Positions 38,475 to 47,304 of a stretch of DNA of 64,000 nt are shown piece after piece. The notes under the pieces were generated by a model that ran no database searches, was not told where the DNA came from, and was given only the letters and a program-made list of their open reading frames with translations. The number at the start of each line of letters is the position of its first letter. Positions within the stretch are counted from its first letter, which is position 1. Made by a program: the position numbers and the translations under genes. The DNA comes from Gammaproteobacteria bacterium (GTDB lineage: Bacteria > Pseudomonadota > Gammaproteobacteria > Pseudomonadales > Pseudohongiellaceae), in NCBI GenBank assembly GCA_029242705.1, contig JAQWTK010000096.1, positions 42,148 through 106,147 on the forward strand, written 5' to 3'.

Positions 38475-39575
38475 TCATAAATCTTCAAATGCAGTGGACC
38501 CCGGAATTTGTATTGACCGCTCATAGGACAAGCTGAGAGCGTCATACACATGGGAGCCTCCTTCATTATCTACTACTAAAAGCTTTGGATTATCTTCTTG
38601 TGTAACCAAGATACTATTAGCTGGTGCTTCCAATTCAATTTTGCTTATACGACGTTGTGTGTTCGAATCTAACACCCATATTTCGGTCCCAGGCTCATGG
38701 TGCGAATCTACTGGGCCGTCGTGCATTGCCACATAAATTAAGCCAGTATCATGATGCGCAGTAATAATTTCGTTTCGACCTCCTGGGCGCCAATTTGCCT
38801 CTGACTCCAGGCGAGGATTCCAACCTTCGTCGATTATTATCTCATCGTCATCTGTGGCGACATGAAAGATTGTGCCGGCATGGGTAATTAGAAACCATCC
38901 GTTTGCGCTAGACGCAACTCGATCAAATACAGCATCTTCAAGTACGCTAAAGAAAACTTCGCTGCGGACCCTATTTTCTTCGAAGCCGCTTAAATCTAGC
39001 TGGATCAATTGTAGGGTGCCATCGCCACATACTTGCAGAAAGTCATTGTCGGAAACAGGCATAATTACTGCGCAACCAGGGGTTGATGCTTCGTAGGTAA
39101 ATATTCGATCTTCTACATCAACTATCGTCACCGAGTGGCCAGGGTTCATATTAAGAACCGCCAAATGTCGGCCATTATTAAGCAGCCCTAGATGGCTTCG
39201 GACCTGCAACCTTGCCATGTAATTGGGAATTTCAATCTCTGCGACCGGCCTTAGGTTTTCGTAGTCATAAATAGCAATAATGTCTGTTCGTTCACCGTGC
39301 ACGCCTCGTGAGAGATAAGACTCAGCGGCATAAAATTCTTCTCGTGGGGGCCAAAAGGTTACCGCTGGAGTATATCGGGAGAGCGATAACATACCTTGCA
39401 TCTCTCCGTTTGTTGCATCGAAAATGTAGCCACCATTCCTGGTCGTGCCAATAAACCAGTTTTTGCCGCGTTCGGGCATGGTTTCGACGCTAATTTCTTC
39501 AGGGGTGATTTGTGCTATTCCTAGCGGTGAAATAAGCAACAGACCTGCAGCGAGTGGGGCGATAAAGCGCATCAA
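38475..39575 (-). CDS. mauB: TTQ amine dehydrogenase large (heavy) subunit, seven-bladed propeller
   Basis: Signal peptide. GERTDIIAIYDYENLRPVAEIEIP and NWRPGG segments parallel Paracoccus MauB ([30 protein letters not shown]). Confidence 0.85.
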   Translation of the reverse strand: MMRFIAPLAAGLLLISPLGIAQITPEEISVETMPERGKNWFIGTTRNGGYIFDATNGEMQGMLSLSRYTPAVTFWPPREEFYAAESYLSRGVHGERTDIIAIYDYENLRPVAEIEIPNYMARLQVRSHLGLLNNGRHLAVLNMNPGHSVTIVDVEDRIFTYEASTPGCAVIMPVSDNDFLQVCGDGTLQLIQLDLSGFEENRVRSEVFFSVLEDAVFDRVASSANGWFLITHAGTIFHVATDDDEIIIDEGWNPRLESEANWRPGGRNEIITAHHDTGLIYVAMHDGPVDSHHEPGTEIWVLDSNTQRRISKIELEAPANSILVTQEDNPKLLVVDNEGGSHVYDALSLSYERSIQIPGSTAFEDL

Positions 39576-39830
39576 TTTTCTCCTTACCTTTTCAATTCCG
39601 CGAGATCTAAAGCTTCTCGTATTCTGGACTTGTGAGTGTATCCTAAATATTTCTCATTGGCTCTAGTCCTGATAGGGTTTTCAGGGTACATTTTATGTTC
39701 TTGAATATGACTATTCCGTGCTAAAGCAAAGAGAGCTTTATTTCAGCAAAAGCACTCTCCATTGTTTTTGTGTCATTAAGAATCTTCGTATACTTAGTGT
39801 GAATAAGATTAATAATGCGGTATCTAACTT

Positions 39831-40997
39831 ATGAATATTTCAGTGTCAGTAATTGAACGTAATCGTAACTCTTTCCGTTTTGGAGCGTTAATTAGCATCG
39901 TTCTATTCCTCTATATAGGAATTAATTATGGGTGGAGGCAGGGATCATTGTTCCTCGTTGGAATTTCAGCAGGTGCAGTGCTTTATCATGCCGCTTTTGG
40001 TTTCACCTCAGCTTGGAGGGAAGTTGTTAATACCGGCAGAGGTGCAGGCCTTAGAGCCCAAATGATTATGCTCGCATGTACGGTATTGGTCTTTACGCCG
40101 TTAATAGCGCAGGGCGAATTATTTGGAATGGGTCTGAGAGGATCTGTGGCTCCACTAAATATAGCGGTTATTGCTGGCGCATTTATGTTTGGTGTTGGAA
40201 TGCAGCTCGGTGGAGGCTGTGCATCGGGTACTTTGTATACGGTTGGTGGCGGTAATAGTCGTATGCTTATAACGTTAGCAGCTTTTATAGCCGGATCCCT
40301 TTTGGGAACTTGGCAGTGGCAACTATGGCAAGGGATGCCGGGAATTGAGCCAATAGCATTAACTCGAAATTTTGGTTTGTTCGGGGGGGTATTGATAAGC
40401 TTTTTTCTATTCGCGGCCGTGTGGTATGCGACGATTATTTATGAACGAAGCCGTCACTCAGAGCTAGTTAACGAGGCTCGGTCAGACTTTTCTGTTTTAC
40501 GCGGTCCTTGGCCATTGCTTGCTGGAGCTTTTGCTCTGGTGCTAGTTCAAGTTGCCACATTGTTATTGGCAGGCCGGCCATGGGGTGTAACATCTGCATT
40601 TGCGCTTTGGGGAGCCAAGATTTCGGGGTTATTGGGCCTCGATGTTTCCGCATGGCCTTATTGGAGTCGTTCAGGGCCTTCTGCTTCTCTCGACCAGAGT
40701 ATATTCAGCGATATTACTTCAGTTATGAATATTGGAATAATACTTGGAGCCTTAGGTGCGGCGAGCTTGGCCAGGAAATTCTCGCCCTCTGCTAAGCTCC
40801 CGTTGGGCCAAATAATTGCCGCAATATTAGGCGGACTGTTGCTGGGCTATGGAGCCAGGATTGCCTTTGGCTGCAATATCGGCGCATATTTCAGCGGCAT
40901 CGGTTCGACTAGCTTACACGGATGGCTTTGGTTTATAGCCGCTTTTGTAGGGAGCACATTAGGCGCGCGAATTAGACCGAAATTTGGGTTGGGCTAG
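39831..40997 (+). CDS. YeeE/YedE-family sulfur/selenium-compound transporter
   Basis: Polytopic membrane protein with the two family Cys motifs LGGGCASGTLY and IAFGCNIGAYF. Confidence 0.8.
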   Translation: MNISVSVIERNRNSFRFGALISIVLFLYIGINYGWRQGSLFLVGISAGAVLYHAAFGFTSAWREVVNTGRGAGLRAQMIMLACTVLVFTPLIAQGELFGMGLRGSVAPLNIAVIAGAFMFGVGMQLGGGCASGTLYTVGGGNSRMLITLAAFIAGSLLGTWQWQLWQGMPGIEPIALTRNFGLFGGVLISFFLFAAVWYATIIYERSRHSELVNEARSDFSVLRGPWPLLAGAFALVLVQVATLLLAGRPWGVTSAFALWGAKISGLLGLDVSAWPYWSRSGPSASLDQSIFSDITSVMNIGIILGALGAASLARKFSPSAKLPLGQIIAAILGGLLLGYGARIAFGCNIGAYFSGIGSTSLHGWLWFIAAFVGSTLGARIRPKFGLG

Positions 40998-41068
40998 TCG
41001 TTAAGACCTAAAATATTTACTAAGAGATTTTAGTGCCTTACATAAACAAAAATAGAGTGCTTGTGATC

Positions 41069-42130
41069 ATGATAAAACTTATAACTATATTGCTCTCTGC
41101 TAGTTTAGTTTCTCCGGCCATTTTTGGACAGCAACCAGAATTCAAATTAGATGTTGATTGGCCGAAAATTCCTTTCAGTGATAATTGGTTAACTGGTGGG
41201 CTTGGAGGGATGTGTATCGATAATAGAGATCATGTGTATCTTCTAAATCGGCAAAATGTTGTTGCAGCTGATCTTGATGGAGCGCGATTGGCACCTCCTG
41301 TTATTGAATTAAACCCTCAAGGTGAGGTTGTGCGTGGATGGGGGGACCCTGAAGTTATTGGGCCGCGCGCGCATGACTGCCATGTTGAAGAGGATGGCAG
41401 CATCTGGATTGTTGCAGCAGGAACTGGGCATATCCAAAAATATTCAAATGATGGAAGCGAAATGTTAATGCAAATCGGTTTATCTGGGACATTTGACTCT
41501 TCTAATGGAACTCGAGAAGGGGCTCCCTTGAATTCTAATGCAGCGCAGTTTTTCTTGCCGTCGGCCTTAGACGTCGATGAGTTTTCTGGAGACATTTATG
41601 TGGCTGACGGCGAATTGCCGGGCGGAAATTCTAGAATAGCAGTGCTAGATAGGGATGGTAATTTTTTGCGACAGTGGGGGTTATATAGGACGGAATCAGA
41701 TGAAGATATTACGCCTTTGCCGCACTGCTTACGATTGTCGAATGATGGTTTGGTTTATGTATGTGATCGTGAGGCAGATAGGATTCAAGTATTTGATAGA
41801 CAGGGTAACTTTGTAAGGAATATCTTTGTGGGATTTGAGTCAGTTTCGCCCGCAGAAGGGCGCAGCAGTGGAAATAGAGGGTCGGCAGTAGTTCTTGCGT
41901 TTTCGCATGATCAAGAGCAGGAGCACATGTTCGTCATAAATCAAAACAGTGTAACGATTGAAGTTTTGGATCGGCAATCTGGTCGGACTATTACAGGGTT
42001 TGGAGATGGTCCGGGGCGCTATCGTGGACAGTTCACCCTGCCACATGGAATCGGAGTTGACTCTTTGGGTAACGTCTATATTGCGGAGCAAGAAGGCAGG
42101 CGTGTCCAGAAATATTTGCTAATAAGATAA
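41069..42130 (+). CDS. Exported NHL-repeat propeller (second PAL-like paralogue)
   Basis: Signal peptide MIKLITILLSASLVSPAIFGQ and NHL blades (PSALDVDEFSGDIYVADG; PHCLRLSNDGLVYVCDREADRIQVF; PHGIGVDSLGNVYIAEQEGRRVQKY). The track start at 41033 is GTG. Confidence 0.65.
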   Translation: MIKLITILLSASLVSPAIFGQQPEFKLDVDWPKIPFSDNWLTGGLGGMCIDNRDHVYLLNRQNVVAADLDGARLAPPVIELNPQGEVVRGWGDPEVIGPRAHDCHVEEDGSIWIVAAGTGHIQKYSNDGSEMLMQIGLSGTFDSSNGTREGAPLNSNAAQFFLPSALDVDEFSGDIYVADGELPGGNSRIAVLDRDGNFLRQWGLYRTESDEDITPLPHCLRLSNDGLVYVCDREADRIQVFDRQGNFVRNIFVGFESVSPAEGRSSGNRGSAVVLAFSHDQEQEHMFVINQNSVTIEVLDRQSGRTITGFGDGPGRYRGQFTLPHGIGVDSLGNVYIAEQEGRRVQKYLLIR

Positions 42131-42133
42131 GAT

Positions 42134-43342
42134 TTAGAAGTCCAGATATTTTTCTAATTGGTCTCCTGTATAACCTAGGCTTCGCAGCACTTCTTCAGTA
42201 TGCTCTCCAAGATTAGGAGCAGGGCCGGGCGTGCGTTTCTCGTACCCGCCAACATCAAAAGGGCTGCTGATTGTTTTGATGGAGCCATATTCTGGGTGAT
42301 CCAATGGAACAACAATACCATTTTTAATTTTTTGTGGATCATTAGCCGCTTCTTCATACGTAAAAATTTTAGAGTGCGGTATGTCGAATGCTGTTAGTCG
42401 CTCTAGCCAATAATTCATGTCTTCCTCTAAAAATGCATCGCTGATTTCTTTGATTAGTGAGTGCATATTTTTTATTCGGTTTTCAGCTGTACAAAACAGC
42501 TCATCGTTAATGAAATTTTCTCGCCTTATGGCTTTGCAAAATGGAAGCCAATCACGGGCGGTGTTAACGAGAGTTAGTTTTAATAGAAGATCGTCTTTGG
42601 TTTTGTAGTTTAGTGAAATAAAATTATAGGCATTATCTCGCGGTCGTTTTTCTCGAAATTCTGCATTGGCAAGTTGTGCTTGTAGCATCACTGAGTTAGA
42701 CCATGCGCCATTTGCGAGCAATGATGTTGTTACTTTGCAGCCTTCTCCAGTTTGGAAGCGTTGATAAAGTCCTGACATAATTGAGGCAAATAGGGTCATT
42801 CCGCTTGGGTGATCACCTGCACCAAAAGGAAAGTTGTGTAGCCATCCTTCATAGGGAAATATGTGATTTTCAAAGGCAGAGCGGGACCAGTAACAAACAG
42901 TATCGTATCCAGGTTTATTTCTTTCTTCCCCTTCTTCTCCATAACCAGTGGCCAGGGCATAGATTATTTTTGGATTAACGGTTTTCATTGTTTCATAGTC
43001 AATTTTCAATCTAGAGATTGCATCGAGCCGATAGTTGGTAATTAGTACGTCAGCATTCTTCACTAATTTGCATAAGACTTCGTAAGATTCTTCCAGCTTT
43101 AAGTCCAGAACGACGCTTTTTTTATTGCGATTTGTCATTTGAAAGGTATAAGGCATATCGGAGATTGGCAGACCCACAATTTTGTGCCAATTCCTATTGA
43201 GATCTCCCGTAACAGGAGGCTCTATTTTGATTACATCGGCACCGTAGTCGCTTAGCACTACTCCAGCTGCTGGTCCAAATACCATGGTGGTGAGTTCTAT
43301 CACCTTGATTCCATCTAGAAGAGGTTTGTTATCTTGTTTCAT
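42134..43342 (-). CDS. Family III CoA-transferase (CaiB/BaiF-like)
   Basis: LDGIKVIELTTMVFGPAAGVVLSDYGADVIKIEPP is a typical N-terminus. 402 aa. Confidence 0.85.
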   Translation of the reverse strand: MKQDNKPLLDGIKVIELTTMVFGPAAGVVLSDYGADVIKIEPPVTGDLNRNWHKIVGLPISDMPYTFQMTNRNKKSVVLDLKLEESYEVLCKLVKNADVLITNYRLDAISRLKIDYETMKTVNPKIIYALATGYGEEGEERNKPGYDTVCYWSRSAFENHIFPYEGWLHNFPFGAGDHPSGMTLFASIMSGLYQRFQTGEGCKVTTSLLANGAWSNSVMLQAQLANAEFREKRPRDNAYNFISLNYKTKDDLLLKLTLVNTARDWLPFCKAIRRENFINDELFCTAENRIKNMHSLIKEISDAFLEEDMNYWLERLTAFDIPHSKIFTYEEAANDPQKIKNGIVVPLDHPEYGSIKTISSPFDVGGYEKRTPGPAPNLGEHTEEVLRSLGYTGDQLEKYLDF

Positions 43343-43527
43343 GTTGTTTTGGTCGCAGTAGATTGACGCTCTAGGTAGTTCAAAAATGCAACCGAAGTAT
43401 AGATGATCGGTATCTCTATAAAAACCGCTGTGTGCGATCTATTCTCTTTATAACCTTCTAGGGTATTCTCTGTTTCGCTCAAGCATATGGAATCATTAAT
43501 GTAGAGAATATTTAGAAGGTATTGGTA

Positions 43528-44307
43528 ATGACTAAATTCTGTAAGGTAACAAAGGAAAATCGAATACTAACCGTAACTATTAATAGACCGGAGCGCCTTA
43601 ATGCCTTGCATCCTCCGGCTAATCTTGAACTTGCTGAAGTATTTGACGATTATGCAAACGACGACGACCTGTGGGCAGCAATTATCACCGGAGAAGGCAG
43701 GGCTTTTAGCGCCGGCAATGATTTAAGGTGGCAAGCTGAGGGGAACGTTAGGCCGCCAATGCCTTTAGGATTTGGTGGATTAACTTCCCGATTCGATTTG
43801 ATAAAACCCGTAATAGCTGCTGTGAATGGCTTGGCTATGGGGGGAGGCTTTGAAATTGCCCTAGCTTGCGATTTGATTATTGGATCTGAGAAAGCCGTTT
43901 TCGCTTTGCCTGAGCCTAAGGTCGGCTTGGCGGCTCTCGCGGGAGGACTTAACCGTTTGCCTAGACACATAGGAGTCAAGCGTGCGTTGGGGATGATTCT
44001 AACTGGTCGCCACGTTTCCGCGAGAGAGGGCGAAGCTTTAGGGTTCGTTAATGAGGTGGTGGGCCATGAAAAAGTGTTGGAGCGAGCATACGAAATTGCC
44101 AATGAAATCCTTACCTGCTCGCCATTATCGATTAGGGCAAGTAAGGATGCTGTATATCGTTCTCTTGATTTCGCTTCTCTGGAAGATTCAATGAAAGATA
44201 TGCGAGAAGAATATGCTGCTGTTAAGGCAATGACAGAAAGCGAGGATTTTATTGAAGGCCCTAAAGCATTTGCAGAGAAACGCGCGCCTAATTGGAAGGG
44301 AAGATAA
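43528..44307 (+). CDS. Enoyl-CoA hydratase/isomerase (crotonase) family protein
   Basis: Crotonase oxyanion segments FSAGNDL and AAVNGLAMGGGFEIALACD. ATG at 43528 has AGAAGG at the right spacing; the track TTG at 43522 does not. Confidence 0.85.
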   Translation: MTKFCKVTKENRILTVTINRPERLNALHPPANLELAEVFDDYANDDDLWAAIITGEGRAFSAGNDLRWQAEGNVRPPMPLGFGGLTSRFDLIKPVIAAVNGLAMGGGFEIALACDLIIGSEKAVFALPEPKVGLAALAGGLNRLPRHIGVKRALGMILTGRHVSAREGEALGFVNEVVGHEKVLERAYEIANEILTCSPLSIRASKDAVYRSLDFASLEDSMKDMREEYAAVKAMTESEDFIEGPKAFAEKRAPNWKGR

Positions 44308-44915
44308 TGAAACTCTATCATTGTAGGAATTCTAGATCAGTGCGCCCATTGTGGGCGCTGGAGGAGTTGGGGCTTAATTATGAACTCGTTGTCATGCCTT
44401 TCCCGCCGCGGTTTGAATACGATGGATATCTCGATATAAATCCATTAGGCACAGTGCCGACTTTCGTAGATGGCAGTCTGATAATGACGGAATCTACCGG
44501 TATTTGTCAGTACTTGGTTGAGAAATATCCTGCTGCTGATTTAGGCTTAAGCAAAGACGAGCCTGAATACGGTGAGTATATAAACTGGTTATTCCGTTCT
44601 GATGCTACGCTAACCTTCCCGCTAGCAATAGTTCTTCGGTATACACAACTAGAACCAGAAGAGCGTCGTAATTCTCAGGTTGTTAAGGATTATGCGATTT
44701 GGTTTCACTCTCGCTTGCGATCGGTAGAGTCCGCATTAGAAGGGAAAGAATTTTTAGTAGGGGAAAGATTTACTATAGCTGATATTACTGTGGGGTATGC
44801 GCTTCAATTTGGGGATCGTCTTGGGCTAAGTGACCGCTACAAGCCAAATTGTTTGCGATATCTGGAAAATCTTTATAAAAGGCCTGCGTATATTAGATCG
44901 CAAGAAAAAGCATAG
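44307..44915 (+). CDS. Glutathione S-transferase family protein
   Basis: N-terminal thioredoxin-like domain (LGTVPTFVDGSLIMTES) plus a helical C-domain. TAATG overlap with the crotonase stop. Confidence 0.78.
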   Translation: MKLYHCRNSRSVRPLWALEELGLNYELVVMPFPPRFEYDGYLDINPLGTVPTFVDGSLIMTESTGICQYLVEKYPAADLGLSKDEPEYGEYINWLFRSDATLTFPLAIVLRYTQLEPEERRNSQVVKDYAIWFHSRLRSVESALEGKEFLVGERFTIADITVGYALQFGDRLGLSDRYKPNCLRYLENLYKRPAYIRSQEKA

Positions 44916-45003
44916 TGGTGATATTTACAAAACCATATCACGGTCATTCAATAACCTTTATAATCTTAGAAAAGTCCTGATTTATCTGATCAAGGTTTAT
45001 TTT

Positions 45004-45195
45004 ATGAGAAACTTATTAGTACTAATATTTGCAGCAGTAGTACTTTTTTCTTGCCAAGCTTCCGAGCAACAGTCATTTCGTAAGATGACCGAAGAAGAAC
45101 TAATTGCTTACAATGCGAATGTTCCGCTAGAACAGAACGTATTTTGCTTTGAAGATGTTCGCACCGGTAGTTTTATAAAAAAATTCGATGCATGA
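45004..45195 (+). CDS. Small putative lipoprotein (possibly interrupted, see findings)
   Basis: Signal peptide with lipobox-like VLFSC. The frame ends four codons after an A7 run. Confidence 0.35.
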   Translation: MRNLLVLIFAAVVLFSCQASEQQSFRKMTEEELIAYNANVPLEQNVFCFEDVRTGSFIKKFDA

Positions 45196-45348
45196 CGTTA
45201 TACGATATTATCACTGAGGTGGAAAATACCTTTTATCTTGACATGTTGAACTATGACCACAGCCCTTACGTGCCTACTCATTTCGGTAATGACTAGTTTA
45301 ATTCATCGCCGAAATTTACAAATAGTAACCTAAAAAAAGGACACTCTA

Positions 45349-47295
45349 ATGAGAAAAAGCATGTTGTTAATTTCTCACAAAACGCTATTTCAATTAGTTG
45401 TCCTCATTTTCTTAGTAACGATATCAAAAGTTTTTGCGACTGACTCTAACAATTATGACTGGAAACATTATGGGAATGATCTGGGCCATACTAAGTATGC
45501 ACCGCTAGACCAAATCAATCGCGAAAATGTTGCTAATTTACAAATTGAATGGAATTGGGAGTCTGTAGATAACCAAGCCGTAATAGAAAGGCCTCAATAT
45601 GTACCCTCCGGCTTTAAGGCTACACCCATAACTCGGGACGGTGTGCTTTATGTCAGTACGCCACTTGGCCATATTGCTGCCATAGATGCTCGTACAGGTG
45701 CTCAAAAATGGATATTTAATACTAATACCTGGGAGCATGGTAGACCCGCGAATAATGGGTTTAATCATCGCGGAGTAACCTTCTGGGAAAAACCTGGCCT
45801 GCTGGGTGCAGAACCGAGGATCATTATGACTACGGCTAATGCGTTTCTTTGGTCGATTGATGCAGAGACAGGCGAGCCGGATGAAAGTTTTGGAATAAAT
45901 GGTAAAACAGATCTAACGCTAGGGTTGGGGCGTGAAGTCGATAGGTCGATGATCGCTCACTCAGCCGCTGTGCCAATAATTGGTGATACGGTTATCGTGG
46001 GCTCCGTTGTTTATGATCAGCCAATGTTTGATATGGTGCCGGAGAAACTAACGGATCTACCACCAGGACATGTTAGGGGTTTCGATCTAAATACCGGTAA
46101 ACAAAAGTGGATTTTCCACACGATTCCTGAGCGAGGAGAATACGGTAATGCTACCTGGGAGGATGACTCTTGGAAAGTGACGGGTGCCGCTAATATTTGG
46201 ACAATGATTTCTGCCGATGAAGAGCTTGGATATGTGTATCTTCCTATTGGCAATCCAGGTAACGATTTTTATGGAGGTCAGAGATTAGGGGATAATTTAT
46301 TTGGCACCAGCTTAGTTGCGTTAAATGCAGAAACGGGAGAACGCGTTTGGCATTATCAGATCGTACATCATGAATTATGGGATTATGACCCGCCTGCTGC
46401 TCCAACGTTGGTAGATATAACGGTAAGTGGGAAGGACATCAAAGCAGTTGCGATGGTTTCCAAGCAAGCATTTATCTACATATTTGATCGTATTACTGGT
46501 AAACCAGTTTGGCCAATAGTCGAAAAACCTGTCCCTTCTAGCACAGTGCCGGGCGAGCGAGCTTCTTTTACACAACCTTTTCCGACCAGACCCGCCGCTT
46601 TTGACTTACAGGGTATTAATGAAGAGACGCTGATAGACTTTACTCCTGAGCTTAGGCAAGAAGCACTGGAAATAGTTAGTGAATTTGATCACGGCGGGTT
46701 ATATACACCGCCTTCTTTAAAAGGTGCGATTGCACTTCCAGGTTGGACAGGGGGTGCAGAATGGAGTGGCGCCGCTTTTGACCCAGAAACTTCTATGTAC
46801 TACATTCCATCGGTCACAAACCCAATTGTTATTCAACTCGCAGAAAACAACCCCAGCGAGACCGAATTTGCATATCGAAGAGATGGTGTGAGAACGATTA
46901 GCGGGCCTCAAGGATTGCCTTTAACAAAACCTCCCTATGGAAGAATTTCAGCCGTAAATTTAGATACTGGTGATTACGAATGGGTAAGACCTAATGCAGA
47001 AGGTATTCGCCAACGCATAATCGATTTGGGGATAGATGATCCTGGCCCCGTTGGTATTCCAATCGTGGCACCTCTATTGGTAACCAAAACATTATTATTT
47101 CAAGCCATAACCGACGGTGTCCCATTATTAAGGGCTATGGATAAAACCACAGGTGAAACAATTGCTGAGATAGAATTGCCAGGTATTCCGCAGGGCGCAC
47201 CTATGACTTACATGTTGGATGGGAAACAATATATTGCAATTACCTGCGGAGGCGGTGCGGACGCCAGATTGCTAGGGCTCGCTCTTCCTAATTAA
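45349..47295 (+). CDS. Exported PQQ-dependent dehydrogenase, eight-bladed propeller (glucose/quinate-type quinoprotein family)
   Basis: Signal peptide and a typical N-terminus WKHYGNDLGHTKYAPLDQINRENVANLQIEW. Repeated W-motif blades. 648 aa. Confidence 0.8.
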   Translation: MRKSMLLISHKTLFQLVVLIFLVTISKVFATDSNNYDWKHYGNDLGHTKYAPLDQINRENVANLQIEWNWESVDNQAVIERPQYVPSGFKATPITRDGVLYVSTPLGHIAAIDARTGAQKWIFNTNTWEHGRPANNGFNHRGVTFWEKPGLLGAEPRIIMTTANAFLWSIDAETGEPDESFGINGKTDLTLGLGREVDRSMIAHSAAVPIIGDTVIVGSVVYDQPMFDMVPEKLTDLPPGHVRGFDLNTGKQKWIFHTIPERGEYGNATWEDDSWKVTGAANIWTMISADEELGYVYLPIGNPGNDFYGGQRLGDNLFGTSLVALNAETGERVWHYQIVHHELWDYDPPAAPTLVDITVSGKDIKAVAMVSKQAFIYIFDRITGKPVWPIVEKPVPSSTVPGERASFTQPFPTRPAAFDLQGINEETLIDFTPELRQEALEIVSEFDHGGLYTPPSLKGAIALPGWTGGAEWSGAAFDPETSMYYIPSVTNPIVIQLAENNPSETEFAYRRDGVRTISGPQGLPLTKPPYGRISAVNLDTGDYEWVRPNAEGIRQRIIDLGIDDPGPVGIPIVAPLLVTKTLLFQAITDGVPLLRAMDKTTGETIAEIELPGIPQGAPMTYMLDGKQYIAITCGGGADARLLGLALPN

Positions 47296-47304
47296 TGTTC
47301 AATG

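Noticed and set aside
43650-44321. 223-aa ORF antisense to the crotonase gene
   Set aside because: It lies entirely within and opposite a gene with strong family motifs. The sequence is low-complexity (Ser/Ala/Pro-rich) with no recognisable domain, which is a typical shadow ORF.
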